Source: Camelus dromedarius (taxonomy: Eukaryota). Taken from it: a stretch of DNA of 64,000 nt. The stretch is taken from positions 69,194,001 to 69,258,000 of the forward strand of contig NC_087437.1 in the NCBI RefSeq assembly GCF_036321535.1, in the 5' to 3' direction. Position 1 is the stretch's first letter. Each line of letters begins with the position of its first letter. Position numbers and translations under genes: made by a program. Positions 12,345 to 25,600 of this stretch are shown here, in pieces. Under the pieces are notes generated by a model. The model ran no database searches, was not told the origin of the DNA, and worked only from the letters and a program-made list of their open reading frames with translations.

Positions 12345-12915
12345 GATGACCATCCTATGACCTAGGCCACCTCTGTGAGCTTCACTTTCTTCACTGTAAA
12401 ATGGGCATAATAATAACTATTGCCAAATAAAAATCAATCTGGATTTAGATAGGGAGAGACTTTAATTAGAAAGCAAGGCTATCACAATAACGGTGAACAC
12501 TCTGGTCTCAGAAATCCGCAGATGTTTCAAAAATCAAACAGAAAAAGATTTTCTTTTATAGGGTAATGGAGGAGCAAGGAGAGATAGGCAGAATCTCTGG
12601 AGAAGAAGCTGGACAGGTAAGGGGAGATGACCACTGGGGCCTGGCAGGAAGGTATCTCTCCATGGTCAGTAAGTTCCCAGGAAAAACTGATAGGGGGCAA
12701 GGTCTGCTATTTCAGTGCTACTCAGGCTTGAGAATAGGCAGAGCTCAGGGGCCTATAGGAAGGAAAGAAACTTGACTAAAGATGCGTCAGAAAAAGACAA
12801 AGGGCAAGAAATGGGCAGTTGTGGAACTCTGATCACTACTGTTGAGGATACTGTGGGAATTAAATGGTGCTGCATATGCAAGGCGATTGCGGAAGACCAC
12901 AGAGTAGAACTCACT
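12345..12915 (+). mobile_element. MIR SINE split in two by an LTR insertion
   Basis: MIR core cactttcttcactgtaaaatgggcataataataactat ends at 12420 and resumes at 12836 (ctactgttgaggatactgtgggaattaaatgg). Confidence 0.6.
12421..12835 (-). mobile_element. Solo LTR, probably ERV1 class
   Basis: TG...CA termini with 4-bp flanks ctat/ctac. Minus-strand TATA-like CTATAAAAG (12553-12561) lies upstream of ATTAAA (12461-12466). It interrupts a MIR. Confidence 0.75.
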
Positions 12916-14540
12916 GAACTCTCTGAAGTTCTGTGAGTCAATAGAAATAGGATCCAACAATCCTAGTTTGACTCCTGCCAGACTCTCCTTCTGGCACCTC
13001 AAGGCACACTAAAGAGTCTAGTCAGACTTTCTTGTAAGCTAGTTGAGTTTCAGCTGCAATATGATTCCCAGTGAGATGAGAGGGACGCAGGTTTGGATGA
13101 TTGCCCTATTTGTTCTAAATATTTGAAATGTAAGGTCTTTGAAATCAGGCCTATATTTTTAATACACATCTGATGATTGAGTGAATGAATGAATGAACTA
13201 ACTTGGAAGGCACAGGTCAGGCAGCATTGTGAAATGCTGAAGGAATTGTGTAGCAAATCACAGAGGATGGATGCATTGAAATCCACTATACTGCAGGGTA
13301 GAACATTTTGAGAAACCTGCTACTAAGGGAGTAGGGGGTGTTTTAGGGAAAGATAAAAATTCCACTGACTTTTCCTGCGGTGAATACTTCTGCCACTTCT
13401 GCTTTCACTGTGTCATATCAAACAGTAATAACAGTCCCCAGATGAGCTATAAAATTCACCCTCCAAAAATATAAATTCCCCAGAATAAGAATTGGTGTGA
13501 TGATCTGACAGTGTACAACAGTCAGCTTAAAATGAAGAAAGTTCTCTTTAAAAAGAATAATGTATATTCCTTTATTGGGCATTTTTTTTACCCCAATCCC
13601 TTTCCCTACATAATTCCCTTTTCACCTCCTTAGAATTGATTAAATATTAGAGACATGAATGTAATATAAAGGAACAAAAAGGGATCATTTCCAAAACCAG
13701 TTTCATAATTTTCTTTTTCCTTTTCTGTGAGATTTGTAAGTGACTGTTTCCAAAAAGCTTTTCTGTCCTTTCCATAGCCTGACCAAGAGCTCCCAGTTTG
13801 CTAGGGAGGCCTTTGCTTCTTTCATTGGACATTTTTTCTCTTGAATTTTTCTCTGTTTTACTCGCCTAGGATATCCTGAACCACAATTGATGTCTGAGAC
13901 TTTTTCTGTGGATGACTTGTACCAGCATTCTTTGGTGCAGAGTAGTCTCTTCCAATCTGCAACATGGGTACAGGAAGCAGGGGAGGAGAAAGTGTAGGAC
14001 ATCCATGCTGATCCAACTTGAAGTATAGTGACCTTGCTCATGGTGACAGAATTATTTGGTTCAGTGAATGTCTAATCTATGAACAATCAGATTACAAACC
14101 TCTCCATCCTTCATGGCAAGCAAGTAAGAGGGCACATAACCATGTGGGGAGAACACTTGACTCTCTTGTGTAAATATTTTAAGAATGATATAGAATATCT
14201 GTAAAGACTAGGACCGTGCCTAATATAATTTAGGTGCTCCATACATGAGAAAGTGTGTTTTAAAGAAATTTTATTAAGCATTAAAATAGTTTTCAGGTGT
14301 TCCAAGTAAATTGTTTATTCTTTGGAAGAACCTAATTTTTTGTATGTGAAATACAGAAATGTGATTTTGTAGTTTTCTAACATTTTATATATTATATTAT
14401 ATTATATGTTATTTACACACATACCCACATATTAAAATTGTGCTTTTCTCCCCAAAAGCATTGTTATTTTGAAGTCAATTATAGACTTATTAGTAATTAG
14501 GAGTTATAATGCGATAGACCTAGGGTCTCCAAAGCCACTG

Positions 14541-14703
14541 TAGTGATTCTCAAACTTTAGGTTGCCTCAGAACCACCTGGAGGATGTGCTGAAATACAGA
14601 TTGATTCAGCCACTCTGGGTGGAGCCCAATGATTTGCCTTTCTCACGAGTTCCCAGGTGAAGCTGAGGTGGCTGTCCAGGAAACCACATTTTGAGAATCA
14701 CTG
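14541..14703. mobile_element. MER5A-like hAT-Charlie MITE
   Basis: Terminal inverted repeats agtgattctcaaa / tttgagaatcact; internal cagaaccacctggagg and agttcccaggtga. Confidence 0.9.
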
Positions 14704-17429
14704 CTACAGTCAAATGCTGCTGGCAAACAACCTCTGATATGCAGCTACTTTAATTTTTCCTACCTAGTACATGGCAAAGATTTTCGTATTAACTTCAAAG
14801 AGTGAATTTCTACTTCCTCACCAGCACTTTGTTAAGTGTCTGCACCTTAGATTTATTCTCAGGTTTGTCCCTTCATGTTGAGAATAATAAAAGACTGTTT
14901 CATGTTCCCCTGATATTTAGGTTTATCTCATTTTCTGTAATGTTTTGAAAGTGACTAACTCATAACAATGTTAAATAATGATGTTAGCTATATGTCAATT
15001 AGATCTTGAGAAAACTGTACAAAAAATAATAATGTTAAATGATAAAATTCCCCATGCTTTTTTAATTTGGGTATTTCTTACCCCTTAGGTTCTTAATGGT
15101 GTGACTGCTTCTTTTAATCCAAGCCAAATTGTAATGTAATTAGTGGTTTCTAAAGATGCTACTACACTAGGAACTTGCTGTCAGTGCTTGTTTACTTCTT
15201 GCTTGATAGTAGGTTATGTTCTCATCAAAAACCCATTTGAGATAGGTCCTTGGTTTCTCAAAATGTTTCTTATAAAGGGGGAAGAGAGTTCAAGTGAGTT
15301 GCCAGACATGTAGAAACAGTCATCAGTAAAGCACGTGTTTGTAACGCCCTTGATGTGGGAGCCTGCGATATTAGTACTGTATGTCGTAAGGGAGTTCTAG
15401 GCAGGCAGAGCCAAGAAAATCCTCTGTGACTTTTCCTAGAGAGGGGGTCTTTTTAACTTAATGTAATCTATCACCTTGCCTCCCTGTTCATTTTGTGTTT
15501 TCATCTCCATCCTGGCCGTTGGGTAGTATGATCATGTATGAACAGCTAGGACTTCTAGCTGAGTGCATCCGTGGGAATAGCTGCAGGAGGGCAGATACAG
15601 TGGTAATAACGGTCTCAGTAATATAACTTTATAGGCAGCCACTCATGGCCTGAAGGGACAGAGCTGCTTTAGGGGAGAGGGGACCACTTCGAGAAGGAAG
15701 GCCCTGTGGTAAATTGTGAAAGTCGTCATATAGCATTTGCTGCTCACGCTTTGGAAATAAATACAAGTTAGACCAGAGAAGGGAGGACTTGAGAAAATGC
15801 CATCTCTTCTGGCAGAGTTACCAAGCTTGGAAAGTGTGGAGTGAAGAGAGGAGAGCTGATGTGGATAGCGAGTCGACACAGAATTCTCCAGATAGACAAA
15901 ATGACAACCCTTTGTGCACTTGTCTGATCACGTGTCATTTTGTTGTGGCCTGAATTTTGCTACGAAAAGTTTTGGTATAAAAAGCAGTTAAGAAAGGTGT
16001 TTCAAAACAGAAGCTAGAAATAGAAGAAAGCAAAGGAAATTTGTGCCAAGTTCAGAAAAAACTGACTAATTCGGTAATCCTACAGATTTTACAAACCAGC
16101 AGACACTTTTACAGGTGAACTCCAGCAGGTGATGAAGAAAGGTTCAAAGAGCTTCCTTTAACACTCTGCAGTGTCCTTCAGCTTTGCCAGAGTCCACTGG
16201 ACTAACATGACACTGGAGGTCTTTGTGTGAAACTCCCTTTTATGATCTCTTCTTGGCCCTTCCATATTTAACTAAGCCCCTGTTGGTGGGGGCTAAGAAT
16301 GAAGGGTCTAATAAAAAAAAATTCTGTGCTTGTTCGGTATAACAGTCTATGAAGAGTGCTAAGAACCCTATTAGAGTTAGGAATTCGGTGCTATTTGGAG
16401 ATTTAGCAACAGATGCTGCAGAAATTGTCTTAATGTGATGAGAATCGTATCCTAATAATGAAAACTTAGGAAGGATTGGCAAGTGAGATTCACCAAGAGA
16501 CTGTCCTTGAAGGAGACCATTTAAAGAATCACGGAATCCTCTTTACCTTGGCACCAGCCTCGGTGAGAGACGCCCTGGCAGAGAAAGCAGAGAGAGGTAG
16601 GAATCTGAGCGGACACCAATATAAGAGCTGGCTTTAAATGCACCAATAATTCTCGTTTTCATTCAGTATAGGTCTGTAAATAAGTGTTTTTCTCCTTCCA
16701 TTCAGCTCCTCCAGAGCATTTACAACTCCTTAATTAGACATATGTCTGCTATTTACTACCATTTAGAAGGGCAAGTGGTTAATGTCCCACTGTTGAAAAT
16801 TCCTAGTAATTAATAATTAACTAAATAAGCCCAGCTCCTTCTCTGCCTACCTCATCTTTGGTTGTCTCCCTGTATTTATACATTAATATGTAGCAATTAA
16901 ACGATGGCAGGAAAAGTGCCTCAGAGCTGGCCACTGGCATCAGCATAACAATGGATTTATTGCTCACCCTTCCAGTCTTAATTAGCGCTATTTCTAAAGG
17001 ATAGAATGTAGGGGGCTGGTTCTACTTTTTGCCTTTACTTCTCCAGGTTACCAGGACAGCTTTCTACAGGTATAAATTGGAACAGATGACTTTACCTTTC
17101 ATTTTTAAAAGGGATGTGTGATGAGTGAAAACTACAGACCCCATCCATCATGCAAAGCAACTTCCAAGCACTGATCCAAAAAAAAAAAAAGAAAAGAAAA
17201 GGAAAATAGAAAGACTACAAAATGAGATATTTCTCACCAGTGAAAAAGAAGGTGACTGAGGTCACTATAAAGTTCCTTTGCACCAAATTTGGCCTGAGAG
17301 TTATGTGTTGTCCACACCTGTCTTACATTGTGCTTGAGTAACCCAGAGGGAAAATGCTAAATAAACAACTGGTGGTTAAGCTTTTACTGAGTCCCGTAAC
17401 AATGTCAGTGATAACCTAAAGCATCTCTC

Positions 17430-17630
17430 ATCTAAGAAACTTGGAGAACTTCACATAATGATAACTTAACACTCCCAACATTCCTCCACGGGAACTAGGA
17501 GGCAGCTGTGATCTCTGGTGTACAGATGCGGAAACTGGCATAGAAGGGCAAAAATGCGTTTTTTGTTCCCACACAATGACTCAGCAGCAGTCCTGGGAAT
17601 AGAACATTTGTTTCCTGACTATAGTCTGTC
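17430..17630 (-). mobile_element. MIR SINE
   Basis: tacagatgcggaaactgg core and gggaatagaac...tcctgact antisense head. Confidence 0.6.
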
Positions 17631-17799
17631 TGGGTAGGCACTGGACTACATACTTAATGAGGAATTTTCTGTGAGAAAGACTCTATTTGCAAGTAAAACA
17701 AAGAAGGATTTATGCTTTTATAGTCGTTGTGAATCATGGTATCAGTAAGCTAACTCATTTGCACACTGCCTGTTGTTATGCTTTTTTGCAGTTATGCTT

Positions 17800-17955
17800 C
17801 TGGTGTGATAGAAAGACCACACCACTGGCTTTGGAGTCAGATAGACTTAGCTCCTTAACTAGCTGTGAGACATTGTGCAATCTCTCTAACCTCTCTGAGC
17901 CAATAAAATGGGGGAAATACTATCTATCACACCTGGTGGCTACAAGAATTACATG
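17800..17955 (+). mobile_element. MIR SINE
   Basis: ctggctttggagtcagatagac...actagctgtgagacattgtgcaa...taacctctctgagcc...taaaatgggg. Confidence 0.75.
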
Positions 17956-20900
17956 CCTATTTTTACTATGCCCATAGTCAAGATTGGATGTTTGTGAATG
18001 TGTTGAACATAAATATAAAGTTTGTACCAGTCGTTCAGGTGTGATTAAATTCCTGGGCAGGAAAACTCAATTTAATACCCACTGCTTCTTATCAATATAA
18101 AATGCCAAATATGGAAGGATGCTAAATATCCTTCCTCATTCAGATTTCATTTTATGAAGTTACACACTGTAGGTTTGCCCATTTCAAATAAATACTCTAG
18201 TTTAGTGAATTTCTCCAAAGGAAGAAACAAACATTCTTTCTGCACTTGTGGAACAAACACATAATCTCATTCATCCATTTACTTATTTACACTAACTTTT
18301 ACCACTTTCTAAGTATAACTTTTAACAGAAATCACATTTCTTTATTATAAACAATATATACTCATTATATGAAATTGAAATGACATGAATCTGTGTAAAG
18401 CAGGAAAATTTCTTTTAAGATTTCTTCCATGAACATATTTCTTGAAGAGTCCATGTTTTGGCCCTAATTCATTCATAAGAAGTATTATGACAGGAAATTT
18501 GATGGTTACCTCAGTGACTACTCCCCAATAAATTTATATCAGTTTCTTATGTTAACTTCTTAATCACCATGGTTCATGTAATAGTGTATTTTAATACCAT
18601 ATAAAATATAACAAAACTTATTTAGCGTCTAATTGTGTTCCTAGAAGCTTATGCTTGGTAGAGTATCACTAGAATGGGCCCCCCTGCTGACTGATAGTTA
18701 GACCTGGAGTTAAGAACAAATACCGTCAGTGGCTATCTGGGAAGCTGGGCTTAAGTAAGTACTGGCCTCTGGATTGCTCCTGTCATGCTCAATTTACAGA
18801 TCCTAGGATGCAAATTCATCATTTTACATGACAGGGCAAATCAAGCATGCAAATCATGCACCACAGTCATGAAGAGTGATATGTGAACAATAAACAACAA
18901 TATCCTAAGATTGAACTAGCCCAGGCCTGCCTCCATGTTACCATTTGCTTTGTGCAAACCCTCAGGCTATACTTACACCTTCCTCATAACATAAACATTT
19001 GCTGCAAAAGCCTGAAGATAGGGAATATAACTTTCTTTATCCTTATTGGAAAAAAAGCGAAAGCAAAACTCAACAAAACTAAGTGGCATGGGGGTTATTC
19101 AAAGGCTTACTACCATTGTGAATCAATATTACTTAAGATTTATAATAATCAGTCTTCAGATTCAGCTAAGGGTCATCAGTTGCTGTTGATTAAGATTCTT
19201 CTGAATTTGACTTTAATTTTCATTACCTTCACATCTTTGAGTGTAATAACAAAACTTTTTCTGCTTTGTTCAAAATAGCCTCCCCTCTGTCTCTGCTTCA
19301 CAAAGGTGTTTGATGGATGCATGGTTGGAAAGCTACATACATAAATGATACACTAGTATGGACAAGCAGATGGAAGATGAATAGAGAGAGGGATACATGA
19401 ATGGTTGATGAACTGATGGGAATGTACTGTATGTTCCCTTCACTGACAGATATGCTTGGCTATTTTTTAAATCAATCTTCTTAAAGAACTTGAAATTTAA
19501 ATTAAAAAAATTCAATTGGTGAAGGCAGAAAGTTAAATTTTCTTCGTACTCTCACAGCAGATGCTTTGAGAATCAAAGACAGGTGGCTTAAGAATTACTA
19601 AAAAGAGCCATCACTTGTCTTTTTTCTTTCCTTATATCCTTTTTCATATTTTTTCCTAACTTTGCTTCCCCCTCCCTTTTCCACCTCTTTCTAGCCTTTG
19701 TCTTTCTTTTCTTTACACTTATATATTCTACTGCTCTATTTACTAATCTTTACTTCCAATCTCTCTGTTTCTCTCCTTATTTTTTTTCCACCTAATGTCT
19801 GTCCAAAAAATGGCTATTTATTTTACTTTTTGCTTTTTATTGTGGGGTGCAGAGTGGAAGAACAAGAGGTAGGCTTCTAGAGAAGAAATAAGAGTGCTTT
19901 CTAAATTTCCCATTTTTCCTCCCTCTTGCAATAGTAAGCATTTTCTAACTAACTCCTCATCAAAGAATGAGAAGATGCAGAGAAGTGGGAAGTTAAAATG
20001 GAATTATTTGATTTAAATATCAATAATAAATAGGAAAGTCAGGAAGCTAATGTATGCCAGCAGAGTAATAGAGGGCAGCAGAGTAATAGAGGGGGTGCAG
20101 TGAGGCTTATTAATCAAGAAGGAGCCAAAACGGATTCATGATATCAGTATCATTCCTCCTAAAAGACAGCTGTGCCTCCAAGAATTTAAAGCTAATAACT
20201 ATTCGATGCCACTTACTGATTCTAGGCTCTACTTTATATTGTAAACTCTAACCTATGTCCATAATGTGATTTCCAAGGTATAGAGAGAGTTGGGTGTTTG
20301 TATTCATCTCTTTGTATGTTAATTTATTCATCATTGGTATTTACGCCCTGTACTGCTTCATGCAGTACATCCCGAGAGTCCCCCAAACCTCAAATAAATG
20401 ACTGTTCCAAGTAGGAAAGGATTTTGGATACCATGTTGTTTCTTGACCTTTCATTTTTTTGGACAGATACACACTTCCTGATTTTAACCAGAACTAAAAA
20501 AGAATATAAAAAGAGATAGAAATTATCTGCCATGAGAAAATGGTATCATTTGAATTTGCAGCAAAGTGAATGCAGGGAAAACCTCATAAATTATCTGGTG
20601 CCTGAGAGTTCAGATAATTTTTTAGGCTCAGACGCTAATAAGATACTCACATTTTGCTTGTTTCTAGTTTGTCCAACTTCATGTATTTCTTTCTGTTCTC
20701 CCCACTCTGATTCACGTGGACGTCCTTCCTGACAGATCAGAAGGGTGGATTCTACTCCTTCTTAGTTATTAAGGAACTACAGGACCTTGTGCAGGTCTCA
20801 CATCTGCAGACTCAGTATTTTTACCTGTGGGTAAAAGAAAGATTAATCTGTACCACCTTTAATGAGCCTTCTAGACCTAAATATTTGAGACTCATTAAAA

Positions 20901-21930
20901 AAGCTCTCCTCTTATTTTATACTTAGCATTCTCGTTGATCAGAAAAAGTGCTCATTTAAATAGAGTTTTGCATGTTCTTTGCTTTGTTCATTTAAAGTCA
21001 AGATGTAATGTCACCTCTAACAATTTATCATATTGGAAATATTTCATATTGCTGATGGTGTTTGTTACTATCGGTGTATCAGTCAGAACATCTCAACGAG
21101 TGGCATTTTTTAAAACCCAGACAGAGGAGTCCCCACCACTGTCTGTCTCCCAGACAGTCCCCACCTATCTTCTGCTCATATCAGGAAGATAAGTAAATGG
21201 CTCATCTTCCCCATACAAATAATTTAGTAGCTTGTCTGTCTGGAAGGTAATAACATAGCATCTGCCATTCCTGCAATTTTGATGGTGTAATACAATAGGA
21301 TATTAGGCACCCCCAAACTGCAACCCAGGCAACCCTGTTGTGAAGAGTGGTAAATTACTCTGGTCTCCTACTCACAGAAATAGCGTGGTCAGCACCACTC
21401 ATCTTTGCTTGTTCTTTGAGTCTTTTGAGCTGCCTACCTCTAGGAAGTAAATACGGTATTTAAAAAAAAAATCTACCTTGTAGATAGTTCAATTTGCATA
21501 AAAACTCTTGGCCTCTGAATTCAGTGTTTGGGGCTATTTCTATTACCATTTCCCATTAATTTATTATCTTAACAAATCCCTCTTTTGTACAGTGTTAACA
21601 TATCTAAAGTCTCAAGTTGCATTATTACATCAATCTTGGATACTAGAGAATGAAACAGTAAGATGGAGAGAAATAGAATTGGCATATGTTTAAATATTAT
21701 GTACAAGACAAGAAGAAAATATCTACTAAAAAGTATGATCCATATTTCTCCTGTAAATTCTGAGCATGGCTTTTGATATTTAATCCAACAAAAACAATTT
21801 TGTTCCCTTCATTGGAATCATGTGATCTATCTGAGGTCAGCTGATAAGAAGAAAAAAAGTATAGTTTATCCAGCTAAATCAGAGTACTTCTTTTGTAATC
21901 TGTAGAGATACAGAGTAGTTGTACTCACTA

Positions 21931-21967
21931 TCATCTTCATCATTTCATCATCATCATCACCATCATT
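21931..21967. repeat. Imperfect (CAT)n microsatellite
   Basis: tcatcttcatcatttcatcatcatcatcaccatcatt. Confidence 0.8.
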
Positions 21968-23634
21968 GTAATAATGATAGAGTATTTTCCTTTGACTGTA
22001 CAGCTTATTTGCATTCATCCACCCATTATCCATCCATCAATTAATTTCACATATGTTTTTTGTGCATACATGAGGCACAATATAAGGAACCTGGAACTGA
22101 TCTCAAGGAGTTTACATTGACTTCTCTGCTCAACCCAGTTGGGTCTAGTAATCATTAATTTATTTTTACTTTAATAGAAATTCAACAGGACAGGCAGAAG
22201 TTAATATTGTCTGAGACATAAAATAAAAGAAGGAATTCCAACTTTCACCATTAAATCATAAGAATTAGACACTTAACTTTGATTTTGTAGGCATTGATCT
22301 AAAATGTGCAATCAGTATAATCATGGATAGAATATCCATAACCTTTCTTGCTATTAAAAATCCACAATAACATTTCAAGTGGTGAAACTTTGCCATCTGT
22401 TTTTTTATTTCTTCTACTGTGAATTAAAACTTTGGGAGAAAAACATTTTTCTATTAAATCTCCTTGTAACATGTAAATGATTCTAAGCCAAACTTAAGTT
22501 TTGAAATTTTTCATGTGTTTAATCAGTCATGCATGAGAGACATTCACTGCATCAATCTTGAGAAAATATGTAAAATAATAAACCCATGTGTATTCAGCAC
22601 AAATTTTTTGAGAGCACATAGAATAATTTCAATCAGTTTTAACTAAATTTTATTAATGTAGACTTGGTTAATGAATGCTTTCCAAACTGTAGATTGATTA
22701 TATTTGGGCCAAGGGATTTTTTTTTAATAGCTTTTGAAAATGAACAATATTTCCCAGATTAATTTAACATCAGTGGTTGACATATAAGTGTTCAATAAAC
22801 ATGAATTATAAAAACAAATTCTAGGGTGCATATCTAGGTGTCTAAATGCACTTGTAGTGATTTTTATGGAAGTTAAAATCCATTGTTCATTGTAACTCTT
22901 CAGCATCCTCTTTACCAATCCCTCACCCCCGGTTGAACTGCCCACTGGCTCTGGGTGACTGCCCTGACTCTGATACAGGTTTAAATTTCCCTTTGTTTGG
23001 TTTCATTTTCGCTCTCCATGTTAACTCACCTGGCTGCTCTTGTTGTCACCATTCGTGAAATTGGAGTTCTCCAGCCCTCATTTCTGCCTTTCCTGACATA
23101 TGTTATTGAGATGGAAATGGTATCTATCCTCATGGAGATTCCATTCTGTTACATGTCTTATTCTCTGAAACTTTCCTAAGTTGCTATCCTGTAGGTGAAA
23201 TGTGTTTCATCTCCCAAATGAGCACCGTTATCTCTAAGAGACTGGTTGTCCTTGTTATAATTTCATAATCATTCACATATGCACATAGTTAATACTTGTA
23301 GACGTATGTATTTGGAGGCACTCAAACTTTATAATGAAAATTTACCCATTGGTGTACATGCATAGAAATTATTGTTTTTTTGTCCATTTTTGTCGTTACA
23401 AAGGAGACTCAGAGGCAGGCCATGAAGTGCTGAATTTCATTCATTGGTTATTAATTCTAGAAGCATTTATTAAGTTTTCATTGGATTAGGGCTATAGGAA
23501 GTGTGTAAAGAAGTTTTCTTTAAGGAGACAGATTTCTATTAGAATGATGACTATATGCACAATATGAAATAATAAAATCATAATTTGGAGTAATATAGGG
23601 AAAATGTTATATAAAGAGAAAAAGAAAAAAATAC

Positions 23635-23765
23635 AAAGACCTGAGTTATATGCCTACTTGTAAATATTTGGGACCCTTGGATAATTACTTAACCTGTGTG
23701 GGCCCTAGTCTCCTTATCTTTAAAATAAAAGATAAGCTAGATAGCCTACAATACCCCTTTTCTTT
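23635..23765 (+). mobile_element. MIR/MIR3 fragment
   Basis: agacctgagtt...gacccttggataattacttaacctgtgtgggccctagtctccttatctttaaaat. Confidence 0.55.
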
Positions 23766-24330
23766 AGAGTTTGGCAGGTAACAAAACCCAACTCCTACTA
23801 GCTTAAGAAAAAATAGTTGTCTCTAGAGATATGAATGAAAATGGCTTCAGGATGCAGTGGGATCTAACTTTCTTACTTGCTTGCACTGTCTCTTATTTTC
23901 TCTCTCCTGCCTCCTATCTTTACCTTTTCTCATTTTGGGCTTTTTTCTTCTGGGCTACTCATTGGCTTTTTGTACATATCGGAGGACCACAGGGTTGCTG
24001 CAGTGCTGGGCTTACACCCATAATTATAGAGTTATGGCCACAAAGGAGAGAAAACTTTCTATTCCAACACTAACTAGAAAATCTCTGGGAAGAAGGTTGC
24101 CATTAGTCTCTGTTGTCCAGGAAACTGTCTGCAAGCCTCTCATTTCAGCATAACTATTAATAACACTCTCTTGTACTCGCATAAGTCCAGTTTTGACAAT
24201 AAATTATTTAATCACCCTTCTTTAGAGGAGACTGATGAACTTGGTTTAGGTTTCATGTCCTTTCTGGAGTAATCACTGTGATCAGAGGAATGAGGTACAG
24301 TGATTAGCCATATCTGGCTCGTATGCTAAC
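23765..24330. mobile_element. Old MLT1-type (MaLR) LTR, decayed
   Basis: gcaggtaacaaaacccaactcctactagcttaag and tggcttcagg resemble late MLT1 subfamily termini. Confidence 0.45.
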
Positions 24331-25319
24331 ATTTGGGGCCATATACTTGGAGTAATGTGATTGGCAGGTTCCACATGAAACATGAGTGGATGAGAAAGAA
24401 GCATTCCTTGAAGGCAAGAAGCAGTTGAAAAACATAAAGATGTGCTTAATGCCCAAGAGAAACACACGTATGTCCACTATGTCAGGACAGAGTGCAAGGC
24501 ATATACAAGGAATGCTCAGTAGATGCACAATAAGCATTAGATGGGGTTTTATAGTATCTAGTATTTCATATTATAGATTTACCTTTTAAAACTAATCGTA
24601 TCATGGTGCATACTATAAATAAATCAACCCAGTCAATAAAATATATCGTGTATGTACACACCCATATATCTTCAATTTGATTTAATGTCCATAAATAGTA
24701 ATCTAATTATTTAAAAACTAATTTAGGATCATGGTTATGTTTATGTTTCTCTAAGCAACTAAAATGACTTTTTTCTTTAAACAAAGATCCTAGGGATGCT
24801 TTATTTGTATTTTTAAAAAATGTTTCTTCTAGTCATTGAAGTATTAAGATAAGCTGTTTTTAAATTAGAGTGGTATAAGTAACGTGCACACATTTTGCTT
24901 TTCCTAGCCAGGCCTGTCCTCAGTCAGCAGTTCCACAGAATGACAGTTCTCAGAAAAAGTCAAGATCTTTCTTAAATGAAAAATGATTATTCATCCTGAT
25001 AGAAATGCAAACAGTACCTTAATGAATGGATGTGTTAATGTCTATTTGCTATTTAGACATTTAGCTTAATTTTGTTTTTTAGCCCTAACATGTGCCATCA
25101 CAAATAAAATATATAATTATCACTTTAAAATAGCATCATATCAGCTGTTTTTACAGTATATTTAGGCTATGAGTCACCAAATGTTTTCCACAATGACAGA
25201 GTGAAGTGTATTATTGAAAAATGACAGTGGTTGAATTTCTATTTTGGTTTTCTATATTGGGCAATGGAAGCATGAAATAAGATTCTTCATGGGGTAGAAA
25301 GTGTTTTAATTCTTTCCAT

Positions 25320-25600
25320 AAAAAAATTAACTACCTACTACATGTCATGTATAGTGCTAGGTAATGAGGACACAAAAATAAGACTGATCCTTTGATCTCA
25401 AGATCACAGTCTACAGAGTGAACAGACTTGCATAACTTAATAAATGTGTTTAAATCTCTATATGTATGTGTATATGATATTACATGGCAGAAAACCCTAA
25501 TTCTGCACAAAAGAAGAGTCAGGACCTGGTTAGGTATAATTGCAAGAGAGGATTAGACATGAGACTTGAAAGATTAAAAGGGATGATCAAGTCAGCGAGG
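25320..25600 (-). mobile_element. L2 fragment
   Basis: acctactacatgtcatgtatagtgctaggtaatgaggacacaaaaataagac...tctcaagatcacagtcta. Confidence 0.55.

Noticed and set aside
13703..14041. 112-aa minus-strand ORF and a + strand acceptor-led frame GYPEPQLMSETFSVDDLYQHSLVQ...EEKV*
   Set aside because: Neither peptide is recognisable and no partner exons are evident; BLASTX/PhyloCSF would be needed to revive it.
16240..16640. Protein-like frames suggesting a pseudogene or endogenous viral element
   Set aside because: Several frames look equally plausible, none matches a family I know, stops are frequent, and there is no poly(A) tail or TSD.
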